Shown: positions 44,747 to 55,026 of the stretch, one piece after another
How positions within the stretch are numbered: the stretch's first letter is position 1
Layout: every line of letters starts with the position of its first letter
IMG/VR virus record: IMGVR_UViG_3300045135_001635
Direction: 5' to 3' (one strand)
DNA: 64,000 bases
Source: a virus
Program-made: the position numbers and the translations under genes
The notes under the pieces: model-generated
The model's database searches: none
Seen by the model: only the letters and a program-made list of their open reading frames with translations
What the model was told of the DNA's origin: nothing

Positions 44747-45208
44747 TTATTCAATAGCAGTTCCACCACCAGTGAAGAATGAAGTTCTTCCTTCAATGGT
44801 GCGAGCATAGGTTGATTCTCTTGTAAAACTTGTGCCGTAATATGCGGTAGAAGTAACGGTAAAGTACTCCGTTCTTACTTTGCTATAATAAGCGGTAAAC
44901 GATACTAATTTGTAAGTTGATTCTGTGAAGAACGCAAATGTCTCGCGAGTGTATGCCGAAGTACGGTCTACTAATTTATCACGAGTGTATGTACTTTCAC
45001 GGGCGCGAGTAAAATCTCTTGAGTAGTTACCGACGTAAGTATTTTCGCCATCTACAGTACTCGTACTCGTTCTATCAGTAGTATACTCGCCAGCATAATT
45101 TTTAGAGTAAGTACCGTCATAACTACCTGTGCGAGTTTTTACAAAATCGCGAGTAGATATAGCGGCGAAATCCAACACACGTGTAAATGATAAAGTATAA
45201 TCAGCCAT
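44747..45208 (-). CDS. Small GNY/xTR beta-repeat protein
   Basis: YAGEYTTDRTSTSTVDGENTYVGNYSRDFTRARESTYTR. Confidence 0.55.
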   Translation of the reverse strand: MADYTLSFTRVLDFAAISTRDFVKTRTGSYDGTYSKNYAGEYTTDRTSTSTVDGENTYVGNYSRDFTRARESTYTRDKLVDRTSAYTRETFAFFTESTYKLVSFTAYYSKVRTEYFTVTSTAYYGTSFTRESTYARTIEGRTSFFTGGGTAIE

Positions 45209-45219
45209 TATTTAAAACC

Positions 45220-46779
45220 TTATTCGAGTCGACCAAATTTGACTCTTAAATTATTACTACCGTCGAATATCTTCATGACATCATTCGTCATTGTCATCGA
45301 ACCATTATTACCAGTAGAGCTTATATTTAGCGAACCAGTAACTGTAGCATTCGAGAGTTCAACGTTATCGCCATTAATCGTAAATGGTTTAACCGCGTTA
45401 TTACTTGCGTTAACAATACCAAACTTATCGGCAGTAATAACCATATCAGCCGTTGCGCCATCGTTATTAAACTCGATACCAGCAACGTGGCCATTAGCAT
45501 TTAAATTTAATGTATATACAGCAGAAGCATTACCTAAATCATCAACTTGTGTTTGTAAGTTTGACGTCGCTGTAGCGAAAAAGCTGTCGCTACTATCAAT
45601 CCGAGATTCTAAGTTAATAGCAAAGTTTGAAGTTGCTGTTAATCTATCTGAATCAGCATCTATTCTTGAATTGAGTTCACTCTTTGCCGTAGATACCGCA
45701 CTTGTAATAGCAGGGTTCCAAGGAGAACCGTCTAAGTCAGATCTAAGATTAGTAACATCAGAACTCAACGAAACAAGTTTATCACTATCTAAATCTACTC
45801 GAGTTTTCAACGCTGAAGTTGCGTCCGCATTAGCTTGTATGGTTCCAGACGGACCATCTACTAATGTTAATCGACTTTCTAAATTCGTTATATCTCCAGT
45901 GATAACACTGATTGAATCACTGTTTGCGTTAATTAACGCATAAAGGTCATCAGTAATACCGCCAACCGCATTAGATACTTCTTCTGGAGTAATGGTAAGA
46001 CCTTCGGAAATCGCACTATCAAGTCTCGTTTCGAACGTACTAAATTGACCAGATAAAGCAGATAGTGAACTATCGTTAGCCGTTACTTGAGCAAGTATTT
46101 GTTGGTCAGCAGCAGCGCTTAATGTAATTTGTGTTTGTAGGTTACTATCTAATAATTTTAATTCTGCGTCTAAATCAAGTATAGATTGAGAAACAACATT
46201 AATCTCATCTGAGTTTGCGTTTATTCTTGTTTCTAGAATATTGAGAGAACCGCCGATAGCTTCAACTATAGTCGCAGAGTCTATATCAATAGATCCTGTA
46301 AATTGAGCGCCCAGATCAACTAAGTCTTGAGACAGTACTTCAATACCGCTTTCAAGTACTGATATTTGTGATGTTAATGAGCTATTCGCCGTTGAAAGAG
46401 CCGAGATACCGTCATTTAAATCGTCGTAGCTTGTAGATAGATTAGTAAACTGTTGAGCTAGTAAGATAAACCCGCCGTCAACACTATCTATCCTTGATAC
46501 TATTCCGGTCTCAGCTAATATTTCATAGAACTGACCTGAGTCTATTTGACCATTTATTTCAGTATTGAATATGATTGATTGGATATAATCAGAGTCTATT
46601 ATGTTAATAAATGTACTTTGATCAATATAATTGTTGATCGTATCGCTGTTGATATAGGTATTGACTACATTACGGATCGCGTCACTATCTACTACCCAGC
46701 TTGCTAATTCAAAGTTCTCGTTTATCTTGTCTATTCCAGCATTGATATTGTCTGCTAGATTTACTATTTGAAATGGCAT
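45220..46779 (-). CDS. Coiled-coil fibre with DUF1983-like (lambda J-type) C-terminus
   Basis: DKINENF N-terminus, long heptads, YTLNLNANGHVAGI...ITADKFGIV, ends IFDGSNNLRVKFGRL. Confidence 0.7.
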   Translation of the reverse strand: MPFQIVNLADNINAGIDKINENFELASWVVDSDAIRNVVNTYINSDTINNYIDQSTFINIIDSDYIQSIIFNTEINGQIDSGQFYEILAETGIVSRIDSVDGGFILLAQQFTNLSTSYDDLNDGISALSTANSSLTSQISVLESGIEVLSQDLVDLGAQFTGSIDIDSATIVEAIGGSLNILETRINANSDEINVVSQSILDLDAELKLLDSNLQTQITLSAAADQQILAQVTANDSSLSALSGQFSTFETRLDSAISEGLTITPEEVSNAVGGITDDLYALINANSDSISVITGDITNLESRLTLVDGPSGTIQANADATSALKTRVDLDSDKLVSLSSDVTNLRSDLDGSPWNPAITSAVSTAKSELNSRIDADSDRLTATSNFAINLESRIDSSDSFFATATSNLQTQVDDLGNASAVYTLNLNANGHVAGIEFNNDGATADMVITADKFGIVNASNNAVKPFTINGDNVELSNATVTGSLNISSTGNNGSMTMTNDVMKIFDGSNNLRVKFGRLE

Positions 46780-46780
46780 T

Positions 46781-46981
46781 TTAAAGTTTCTCCGCTATTT
46801 GAGAGAGTAATGCTTTTATATCGGTTACATCTTTCTCTAATTGGTCTAATCTTTGAGCTTCTTGGATTCTTGCTAATTTACGAGCTTTTGCTTGAGCGAT
46901 ACCAGCGCGATCGGTATTAAGGATCGCACCAGTTCTTTTATCTCTCATTAAATTAGTATGTCCTTTCACTTTCTGTAACAT
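46781..46981 (-). CDS. Conserved small T4-like protein
   Basis: KVKGH.NL.RD..TGAILN...L..DV.DIK.LL; commonly found after VrlC-like genes. Confidence 0.65.
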   Translation of the reverse strand: MLQKVKGHTNLMRDKRTGAILNTDRAGIAQAKARKLARIQEAQRLDQLEKDVTDIKALLSQIAEKL

Positions 46982-46982
46982 A

Positions 46983-49900
46983 TTACACCGCCAACGCTAT
47001 AGTTCTGAAATCGGTAATAATAGGAACTTTACTTGAATTATTTGATTTCATAACAAGTTTAGTTTGGAATATACTAAATTGATCGACCGCTTCTATACTA
47101 TATGAATATTCTCGTATTACTTCACGACTTTCGTCGCTCGGAACTTGAGCGTCTATATCAACCTTAATCCATTCAGCTACATCTAATGATGAATCATCCT
47201 GAGCAGTTTTAACATAAACTTCAAACTGAGCAGCGCTCGGGCGATGAGCAGAGAACAATATTTTAAGTCCTTCAGCAGCTTCATCTAAAATTACAGGAGT
47301 TGTAATATGTTGAGCAGCGTCAGACATATCTATAACGTTTTCTATCGTCATTACAGAAGTACGCTGTAAGTCAATTAGAGGAGATACTTTAGTATCAGTT
47401 GTTGATAATGTTATAACAAATTCCATATCTTCTGGATCAGCCACGATAGTCGGGCGATCATTTAGATTTGAATCGTTAAGGAATACCTGCTTAGAAGCAA
47501 CCGAAGAATAAGAGTTATTATACAATGGGTTGTTTCGATTACCGCCGTAAGAAGCACCAGAAGTTTGGCGAACTTTAGCTGTAACGCTAGTACCATTTGG
47601 AATGATATTTGCGATATTAGGAATAATCTCATCAATCATAATTTGTTCATTTACGACAACCTGATCTCCACCGCCTAATACAGATGATGTAGCGATTGTA
47701 CCAGCGTTAATTCTATATCCGTCCCAAGAGACACTCGCGATAAGATGATTACCGTTAATGCTTGATGCGTCTACTCCACCAATAGTACCTTGTACGCCTG
47801 ATATTTCAACTTCATCGTTAGCATTAAATCCGTGACCTTGGTGAGCAATATGAACTAATGCGCTATCGCGTTCAACGGAAATAGGATCTGCTCCAAGAGT
47901 AATCTTAGGAACTTCAACGTTAGATAGAACAACGTTAGCCGAAGATTCAAATGACGCGCAATATAATTCAAACATCAAGTCTTTAGTTTGATCGGCTGTC
48001 CAAGTAGAACCATTCTGAGATAAGAATAGAGATCCAAGGGTTGGTTGTTTATTAACGCGACCTTCACGTCTATTAGGACCGAGAATGAATTCATAAGTCT
48101 CAGCTACATATGCGTTATACTTAACAGATTCAGCCAATAGTACTACCGCATATTCCTCGCTCGGCGATAAGTAGACTGGTTCATCAAAGTGTATATCAGT
48201 ACCGCCTTGAGATCTAACATCAGCAATATCAGTTTGATCTGTTAATGGCGTGATATTAATATCAGAAGGTGATACAAATTTAGAAGAACCAGGAACCAAA
48301 CGTGTTGTCGGGATACCATTTTCTACTGGGCGAATTTGTACTTGTAAAGGTATAGTATCATCTTTACTTTCCATAAAGATTCTTACTTTAGATAAGTAAA
48401 TTCCGTTTGGATTTTCTACCTGATCAACATAAAAAGTTTGAGCTAGTGGATCGTAACGTTCCGTAATACTTTCTACGATACGTGTTGAACGAATAGTTCT
48501 TTGAACAGTATCAATACGTCCTACAGATTCGTACATAGCACGTGAAGAAGCAATAGCGTTATCATCATCATTAACTACAATATCAAGTAGTTTAAATTCT
48601 TGTTGTCCTGTACGGAATGATAAGTTTGTTGTATTCGGTAAGAAGAACGAACCGATTAACATACCGTTTTCATCAGTTACCAAATCAGTATTTCCGTTCG
48701 GGTGACTCGTAGCATTAGAAAACTCACTTCCGTATTCTTTAGGATTATCCGAGAAATGCTTGAATCTATTTTCTTGACGAACCCAATCTTGTACTGGTTT
48801 GTTACCGAAGAAAGCAAACATATTAGTATTAGGACGTAATCCTTCAACGCGGAAGAATATTTCGCGAGAACGCATAAATGGAACTACTTCAACATTTAAA
48901 ACTTGTTCGCCTAAGAACTCTTGAATAGATCTTTCGACAACACGAGTCCGAATACGTTTTCCTTTAGTGATAGATCTGTTATCAGTACGTACTCTACGAA
49001 TATTGTTTTGCATAATATCAGGGAGTTTACGAACTTCTACCCATTCATCAGAAGAAGGAGATAACGTCATATGACCAGTTTGAGTAATAACCGCAAATGG
49101 GTTAACATTCATCTTCCCTGTCGCTAATAACTGAGAAGCCATAACTTCGTCAGTATAAGGAATAATAGCAACGTCGCCTTGCTTACGAGCTGTAGAGTTA
49201 GCTCTCATTGATAAGCGAATAGAGTTCTCTCTAAACGAAGGCATTAGCTCACCATTAACAGGCTCAACCGAAGCGCGATAATCAGGATTACTAAGATCGC
49301 AGAAGTTTAAGCTGTTAAAGTTATCCGCAATAAACCCAGATTTAGTTCGGTTATTTCCATTCTCATCCAATACCATAAGAGAAGCAGTATCAGTTTCAAG
49401 TAAACTAAGTGTCGTCAATTCATAAAGTTCTTCAACACGTTCTTCCAACTTAGCGATATCTTTCATAGTGAAACGCTTATGCGGAATCTTAGTTAACGTA
49501 AGATCTGTTTTGTCTAAGGTGTATGCGTTTAAATCAAACTGGAATAAAGGTAATGAACCAGTCGGAATTTGAGGAGGGCGTGGATCTAATGACGACTCAC
49601 CCTTAATTAGTTGTAAGCGACCAGTACCAATTCTACCCTTAGCGTCTAATGTATTAGCAACAAGAGTGTCGATACGAGGTAGGTAATATGTAGCGTCTAC
49701 GCTAATAATGCTCTTGTTTTTAGGGAGTGAATTAATACTTCCTGTATCTATCCCAGAAGGTAAAATTACTGGACGGAAATCAAGGACATCCGTTAATGAG
49801 ATTTCGGCACCCGACGAACTCTTATATGTAGGGATTAATCCGTAGTCTTGAGGATATGATTCAACACTGAAGTAATCTCCGTCTCTATGATAGAAGTGAG

Positions 49901-52304
49901 AGAATTGTACCGTGTATGTAGAGCCTACTTTAGCCGTAAGACCAGATTTAAGTCTTATTTTAATTGGTCCGTAGAAGTTATCTCTTTGTCCACCATCAAA
50001 CTCAAAAGAAGCTGTAACATTAGTACCACTATCGTCTACAACAGAAAGTAATTCAATACCGTCCGCGTAATTAAGTTCAATTAAAGAAGCGTCCGATGTA
50101 CTGTTTGCTAATGCTTGACGAGATATTTCATAATAGGTGAAACTTCCGTTTCCGCTAATATCTCCGCCTTGAGTATATGTTCCTGTATAAGAACTCGTGC
50201 GAGTCCTAATATATGAAGATGAGCGAGTATATTCGCTCGTAAAGTTTCTAGTTGACGGGTTTTCAGAAATAAATTGTCCAGTAACCGTGCGCGTAAAATC
50301 TAACCAAACAGGTTCTCTAGGATTGCCCCCTTCTCTTGCGGATACAACAGTTCTTTCCCCTGTATAAGAAGCAGCATAGCTACTTGATCTGGTGTTCGAA
50401 AAGGTTAAAGTTCTTGAGTAGTTTCCAACGAAGTCTACATATGTCGTATTTGTAAACGTCTTAGCGAACGTTGAAGGAACTGTTGGAGTTTGAACACTTC
50501 CGCGAGTGTATTGATACCCTTCAGCGTTTAACGTGGTAATATTACTTGCGCTTGTCGCGATCATCTCGCCGTTCCAGATAATACTCACCGCACCAGTATT
50601 ATCATCAACACGCCACATCGTTTCACCTTGAGTGAAGATTGGTCCTTCTATAGGAGCTGCGCCAGAGCCTAACGTTACATTCTCTGTTACCGTAGCGATA
50701 CCTTTCTCTCTTACTACAGGAGAAGGAACAGCAAAGTAATATGTTATAATATATGCTGTTGATGGAGATAGTCCTACAATCTTATTAAGAGAAACGTTCC
50801 AACCAGTAGCAACGCCAACACCAACTTCAAATATAACAGGGTTGTATGAAGCATCCATAGTTTCAGGAATAAATACTTCTCCCGAAGCGTCCGAAGAAAC
50901 TTCAATTGTACGTTGAGCTGAATAATTAGTATCAGTTATCGCTTGAGGACGTGGATTAGATAAATGGAATAATAATGAATTATCAATACCGCCTAATAGA
51001 CCAGAAGGTTTAACTGTAACAGAACCATTAGCTCCTGTTATTGTAGTAACTTCTCTGAAACTAGAACCGATATCCATCTGAACATTAAATAAGTATAAAC
51101 GATATTCACCGCCAACGTTTTCAATACCACGTACATTAGCTGTACCGATTCCGCTCAAACTTACTTGCCCGAACGTAGTTAGTTCTGAAATCCCTGTACT
51201 TAATGTTTCATCAATAACAACATAGTTACCGTATTGAGCAATTACGCTGTCGTTGTTTAGGCTGTCTGTTTCTCGAGCCTTTTCTAAATCTATATTTGTC
51301 GTACCGAAGTCTAAGCGATATCCGTCAACATAAGCAGTTCCAGGAGTTACTTCTAAATCTAAATTAAGGTCGTCTTTTTCATTAAGTACAGTTTTAAATT
51401 CTTTGGCTACATAGTCACCAGATTCTTCTTTTGTACGAGTAGCAAGTAGATCATTAATGATGTTATATGCGTCGTTAGTTTCAACTTCGCGAGTAATAAC
51501 ACCGTCAACTATACGCGCAACGAATACGAAGTTTTCTTCTTCTTGGACTTCATTTCTTGTTGTAGGAGTAAGTTCGATTTTAAATCTATGAGCACCAGGA
51601 GAAGAAGTATTTGGAAGATCTCCTTGGTTATCAAATAGCCCTTCGTCTTCACTCTCAGTGATAATAGTTTCTACTATTTTAAATCCGAAGTCTACAGTAG
51701 GTGTTGAGCTATACATATCAATATAAACTGACTGTTGTTCAACTTGTACAAAGTGGCCATGTACGAAGAATACACCTTCGCTGATTGAGATAATCGTTCC
51801 TGTACCAACAGCTGGAATAGTATCGTCGCTTGCTACAGTTAAAGGAAAGGTTGTAGAGCCGACAGGAGTTAATGTTTGATTTGACGTAACGCGTGGCGCT
51901 TCTTCTGAATTAGATAAAGCAGTTGTATCTGTATATTTTACGATAAGTGTTTGCGGTGAAGTATCTGTAGAAGGGTGATACTCTTCAATTAAGAATTTAA
52001 CACCTTGACTATTTTGGTATTCTTTCCCTACAATATTATCTGGTACATTACTGTTTGTTTGTAGTCTAATATATTCTTTAGAATTATCGACCATAGAACC
52101 GCCAGCGTGAACCATAGCACCTTCTTTGAAAATGTTACGTCCAAATTGAGCCAGTTCTTCATGAAAGATAGACTGTAACTCATTTAGTTCTCGAGCTTGA
52201 AGAGCTTTACCAGCATTAAATAATACTCGATGATATCCGTTTGTTTTATCGAAGGAATCTCGATATGTTTCTTTAAATGTTTTACTTGTAAAATTAGTCA
52301 TCAA
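46983..52304 (-). CDS. Large baseplate/structural protein (VrlC / DUF4815-like)
   Basis: YHRVLF..GKALQARELNELQS, PGAHRFKI, RTKEESGDY, YDPLAQTF, GSLFLSQNGSTW. Confidence 0.85.
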   Translation of the reverse strand: MMTNFTSKTFKETYRDSFDKTNGYHRVLFNAGKALQARELNELQSIFHEELAQFGRNIFKEGAMVHAGGSMVDNSKEYIRLQTNSNVPDNIVGKEYQNSQGVKFLIEEYHPSTDTSPQTLIVKYTDTTALSNSEEAPRVTSNQTLTPVGSTTFPLTVASDDTIPAVGTGTIISISEGVFFVHGHFVQVEQQSVYIDMYSSTPTVDFGFKIVETIITESEDEGLFDNQGDLPNTSSPGAHRFKIELTPTTRNEVQEEENFVFVARIVDGVITREVETNDAYNIINDLLATRTKEESGDYVAKEFKTVLNEKDDLNLDLEVTPGTAYVDGYRLDFGTTNIDLEKARETDSLNNDSVIAQYGNYVVIDETLSTGISELTTFGQVSLSGIGTANVRGIENVGGEYRLYLFNVQMDIGSSFREVTTITGANGSVTVKPSGLLGGIDNSLLFHLSNPRPQAITDTNYSAQRTIEVSSDASGEVFIPETMDASYNPVIFEVGVGVATGWNVSLNKIVGLSPSTAYIITYYFAVPSPVVREKGIATVTENVTLGSGAAPIEGPIFTQGETMWRVDDNTGAVSIIWNGEMIATSASNITTLNAEGYQYTRGSVQTPTVPSTFAKTFTNTTYVDFVGNYSRTLTFSNTRSSSYAASYTGERTVVSAREGGNPREPVWLDFTRTVTGQFISENPSTRNFTSEYTRSSSYIRTRTSSYTGTYTQGGDISGNGSFTYYEISRQALANSTSDASLIELNYADGIELLSVVDDSGTNVTASFEFDGGQRDNFYGPIKIRLKSGLTAKVGSTYTVQFSHFYHRDGDYFSVESYPQDYGLIPTYKSSSGAEISLTDVLDFRPVILPSGIDTGSINSLPKNKSIISVDATYYLPRIDTLVANTLDAKGRIGTGRLQLIKGESSLDPRPPQIPTGSLPLFQFDLNAYTLDKTDLTLTKIPHKRFTMKDIAKLEERVEELYELTTLSLLETDTASLMVLDENGNNRTKSGFIADNFNSLNFCDLSNPDYRASVEPVNGELMPSFRENSIRLSMRANSTARKQGDVAIIPYTDEVMASQLLATGKMNVNPFAVITQTGHMTLSPSSDEWVEVRKLPDIMQNNIRRVRTDNRSITKGKRIRTRVVERSIQEFLGEQVLNVEVVPFMRSREIFFRVEGLRPNTNMFAFFGNKPVQDWVRQENRFKHFSDNPKEYGSEFSNATSHPNGNTDLVTDENGMLIGSFFLPNTTNLSFRTGQQEFKLLDIVVNDDDNAIASSRAMYESVGRIDTVQRTIRSTRIVESITERYDPLAQTFYVDQVENPNGIYLSKVRIFMESKDDTIPLQVQIRPVENGIPTTRLVPGSSKFVSPSDINITPLTDQTDIADVRSQGGTDIHFDEPVYLSPSEEYAVVLLAESVKYNAYVAETYEFILGPNRREGRVNKQPTLGSLFLSQNGSTWTADQTKDLMFELYCASFESSANVVLSNVEVPKITLGADPISVERDSALVHIAHQGHGFNANDEVEISGVQGTIGGVDASSINGNHLIASVSWDGYRINAGTIATSSVLGGGDQVVVNEQIMIDEIIPNIANIIPNGTSVTAKVRQTSGASYGGNRNNPLYNNSYSSVASKQVFLNDSNLNDRPTIVADPEDMEFVITLSTTDTKVSPLIDLQRTSVMTIENVIDMSDAAQHITTPVILDEAAEGLKILFSAHRPSAAQFEVYVKTAQDDSSLDVAEWIKVDIDAQVPSDESREVIREYSYSIEAVDQFSIFQTKLVMKSNNSSKVPIITDFRTIALAV

Positions 52305-52310
52305 TCAATC

Positions 52311-53642
52311 CTAAACCGTTATAACCACTTTAATATCTTCTTGTTGTTCTGCGTCACGTCTAATTCTATGACGGTTTTCGATATACAAAACATCACCTGT
52401 GAATCTATTTATATTGTTACTTGGAGTGATATAAGATACAGTACCTGTAAGGACAACACCGACTTGAGTGAGTACTTCACCCACTTGGAAATTGCCGAAT
52501 CCAGTACTTTCGTTTTGATGAAAGTGAATAATATTATCAACAGATTCATCTACATAAGCAATAGCGCCAGACTGAGAACCAACAATAGTTTTACCTGATA
52601 CAAAAGGGGAAGAGTCTACAAGAGTGATTGTAGGTAATACTTTAGCGGAAGTATCATCAAAAATATTTCCGTCAGTACCTAATGGAGATTTAATCAACCC
52701 AATTTGACGGAATTCGTTTTCAACAATGAATGTTCCATCTTCTTCACCATTAGGTTTAGCTGTGAACATAATAGAACTTGTTTTTAAATCATTTATCGCA
52801 TCAAAGCCAATACCATTTGCGTCAGTAACAACAGTACGAGCAATAGCACCAAGACCATCACCTTGAATCTTAACAGAAGCGTGAGTGTAACCAGAACCCA
52901 TATTAGTCATTTCAATTTTAGTAATATGACCTTGAGCGTTAACATAAGCAACAGCTGTCGCGCCAGTTCCGTCTCCGATGATTTCAACAGTTGGAGCAGA
53001 ACTAAAGCCAGAACCTTCTTCTATAATTTCACAACGAATAACTTGACCGCCAACAGCAGCTTGTTTAACGTTGAATTGTAGATCTTCAATCGGATCTCCA
53101 GTGGCTAAATCTGATTCAGGAATATGTACAGGAATATAATTAGATGAAAGAAAATTTCGAATCGAATTTGGAGTTAACGAATATAAGAACTTCCAAGTAT
53201 AACCGTCACCCGTCGTAAATGGTTGAGTATAATCTACGCCAAGGACGCCATAGTTAGGTTCGATTGTTGATACATTAGTTGCGCCTGTTTGAGTGATACC
53301 TTTTTCTAAACAGATGTATACTTCTTTAGCGTCATTAATAACATAGAATCTTTCTGACTCTTGGCTATTTTTATCAGACCAACCTTCATATTTAGAACCT
53401 GAGTTCCAATTATGTCTATTCGTCACATACGTAACGCCTTCAATCTTTTTTATGGATTGAAGGTTATTCCTGAACTCGCGTTCTTCTAATAGAGAGTCAA
53501 TAGGGTCTATTACAACGTCTTCTAAGTTATAGACGTCAGACTTACCAATACCTATGTAATAACTGTTAACTTGACCTTCTGCATCATTAAGTAGTTGTTG
53601 TGATAAACTTTTGCTAATAGATTGTCTAACAATAGCTGACAT
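52311..53642 (-). CDS. gp8: Baseplate wedge subunit
   Basis: YIGIGK, FYVIN...VYICL, TGDGYTWKFLY, FRQIGLI, GDVLYIENR..I.R...Q.EDIKVVI. Confidence 0.85.
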   Translation of the reverse strand: MSAIVRQSISKSLSQQLLNDAEGQVNSYYIGIGKSDVYNLEDVVIDPIDSLLEEREFRNNLQSIKKIEGVTYVTNRHNWNSGSKYEGWSDKNSQESERFYVINDAKEVYICLEKGITQTGATNVSTIEPNYGVLGVDYTQPFTTGDGYTWKFLYSLTPNSIRNFLSSNYIPVHIPESDLATGDPIEDLQFNVKQAAVGGQVIRCEIIEEGSGFSSAPTVEIIGDGTGATAVAYVNAQGHITKIEMTNMGSGYTHASVKIQGDGLGAIARTVVTDANGIGFDAINDLKTSSIMFTAKPNGEEDGTFIVENEFRQIGLIKSPLGTDGNIFDDTSAKVLPTITLVDSSPFVSGKTIVGSQSGAIAYVDESVDNIIHFHQNESTGFGNFQVGEVLTQVGVVLTGTVSYITPSNNINRFTGDVLYIENRHRIRRDAEQQEDIKVVITV

Positions 53643-53653
53643 TATTAATTATT

Positions 53654-53696
53654 CCTGTTGAAATTATATAAGTTTATTTATACTCGTTTCAACAGG
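53654..53696 (-). promoter_or_regulatory. Late promoter (53675-53682) inside an RBS-sequestering inverted repeat
   Basis: CCTGTTGAAA ... TATAAATA ... TTTCAACAGGA-ATG of gp8. Confidence 0.75.
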
Positions 53697-53702
53697 TTGT
53701 TT

Positions 53703-54974
53703 CTATTTTTTATTCTCGACTATTACGTCTAATTGTTGATTAGTTTTGGTGATACTCAAAATACTAAGATATTGAGATAATTTATTAACCCACCAAGGCA
53801 TGTCTTCGATGATTAAATGAGCGTTTCTTCCGTCTTGTAAGATTCTCATCGCAGGATACATAGCGATAGTCAAATAACCTTGAATCTTTATAGAGTCCGC
53901 AATTTGCTTAATAACATTATCAATGAGGTTCGGTTCAACGTGTTCTAATACATCTATACAAATTAAGAAGTCTTTTGGTGTTTGTACGCCCTCTTTACCC
54001 TCTATTCCTGGGTCGTATTCATATACTTTATACGGAGCGTCTTTTGGTATATTATTTTTAAAACTACTTGACCCACAACCATAATCTAAAACCTCTTTAG
54101 CGTCATTAGATAGTAGCCAGTTATGAAGTGTATCTATCATAGCGCCAGCACTTGTACCCCAGTGTTGAGTTTTATGTTCAGACTTTAGTAACGTCATATA
54201 ATCGTCAGATACAAGATGTTCTGTAAAGAATGCTGAGGAGTGTTTCAATTCTGTTTGATTAGGTAAATCTAAATTTTGATTAAGATCATCTAAATTTACA
54301 TAAGGAACTAAATCGTTTATTTTAGAATCAGGACTAATAGAGAAAATTTCAATACCGCGCTTCATACACTCTTTTGAGAACCAATCTAAATAATGATAAA
54401 GATGATTATATAAGTTCATATTCCAAGCGTCTTGGTCCTTCGTCATCTCTCGACCATCAAAGTACGACTTATCACTTACCTCAAAATCTACCCCAGCAAG
54501 ATAAATCTTTTTAAATCCCATATGTAACATAATGTTCATCGTAGTAGAGAAAACGTTCTTTTCCCATATAATGTTCTCACTTTCGGGCGAAGCGCATTCA
54601 AATATATCCATAGGTTCTTTTGTAGGGAACATGTTTCCAAAATATGTAAATGGATATTCGTATAGTTTACGACCGTCAAGAATACGTTCGTGTAAACCAC
54701 CTCTTAGAATTTTAGGGAAAGATTCTTTATATACATGTTCGTCATAGCAAGAAGGTTCATCCATTCCAACCCAAATATCAGGGCGAACTTTAGGATAAGT
54801 TGTATTGACTCCGACAACAGTTTTCCCTGAACCCGATAATTTTGAAATGTCGATTTTATTTAATGAAGGACCACCGCCGACGAATATTCCGACATTCATA
54901 TTTTCTTCTACATACGACTCAAGAAATTTCCAACTGTTTCCGTTATGATACATTAATGGTGTACGTTTAGACAT
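53703..54974 (-). CDS. Fusion of a Maf/DUF115/CstII-like glycosyltransferase domain and a class I SAM methyltransferase
   Basis: N-half: VGGGPSL...GVN...MGFKKIYLAGVDF. C-half: VLDYGCG...YDPG...CIDVLEHVEP. Confidence 0.7.
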   Translation of the reverse strand: MSKRTPLMYHNGNSWKFLESYVEENMNVGIFVGGGPSLNKIDISKLSGSGKTVVGVNTTYPKVRPDIWVGMDEPSCYDEHVYKESFPKILRGGLHERILDGRKLYEYPFTYFGNMFPTKEPMDIFECASPESENIIWEKNVFSTTMNIMLHMGFKKIYLAGVDFEVSDKSYFDGREMTKDQDAWNMNLYNHLYHYLDWFSKECMKRGIEIFSISPDSKINDLVPYVNLDDLNQNLDLPNQTELKHSSAFFTEHLVSDDYMTLLKSEHKTQHWGTSAGAMIDTLHNWLLSNDAKEVLDYGCGSSSFKNNIPKDAPYKVYEYDPGIEGKEGVQTPKDFLICIDVLEHVEPNLIDNVIKQIADSIKIQGYLTIAMYPAMRILQDGRNAHLIIEDMPWWVNKLSQYLSILSITKTNQQLDVIVENKK

Positions 54975-54986
54975 TATATAGCTCTC

Positions 54987-55019
54987 AAAAAAAAGGACAC
55001 CAATATATAGTGCCCTTTT
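54987..55019 (-). terminator. Terminator after the collagen-like gene
   Basis: AAAAGGGCAC-TATATATTG-GTGTCCTTTTTTTT. Confidence 0.75.
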
Positions 55020-55026
55020 AAGTCAG

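Noticed and set aside
44736-44749. Frameshift or read-through joining the 153-aa and 261-aa repeat ORFs
   Set aside because: There is a clean TAA, a 10-nt spacer with an AGGGA SD and an ATG, and no slippery site is evident; treated as two genes.
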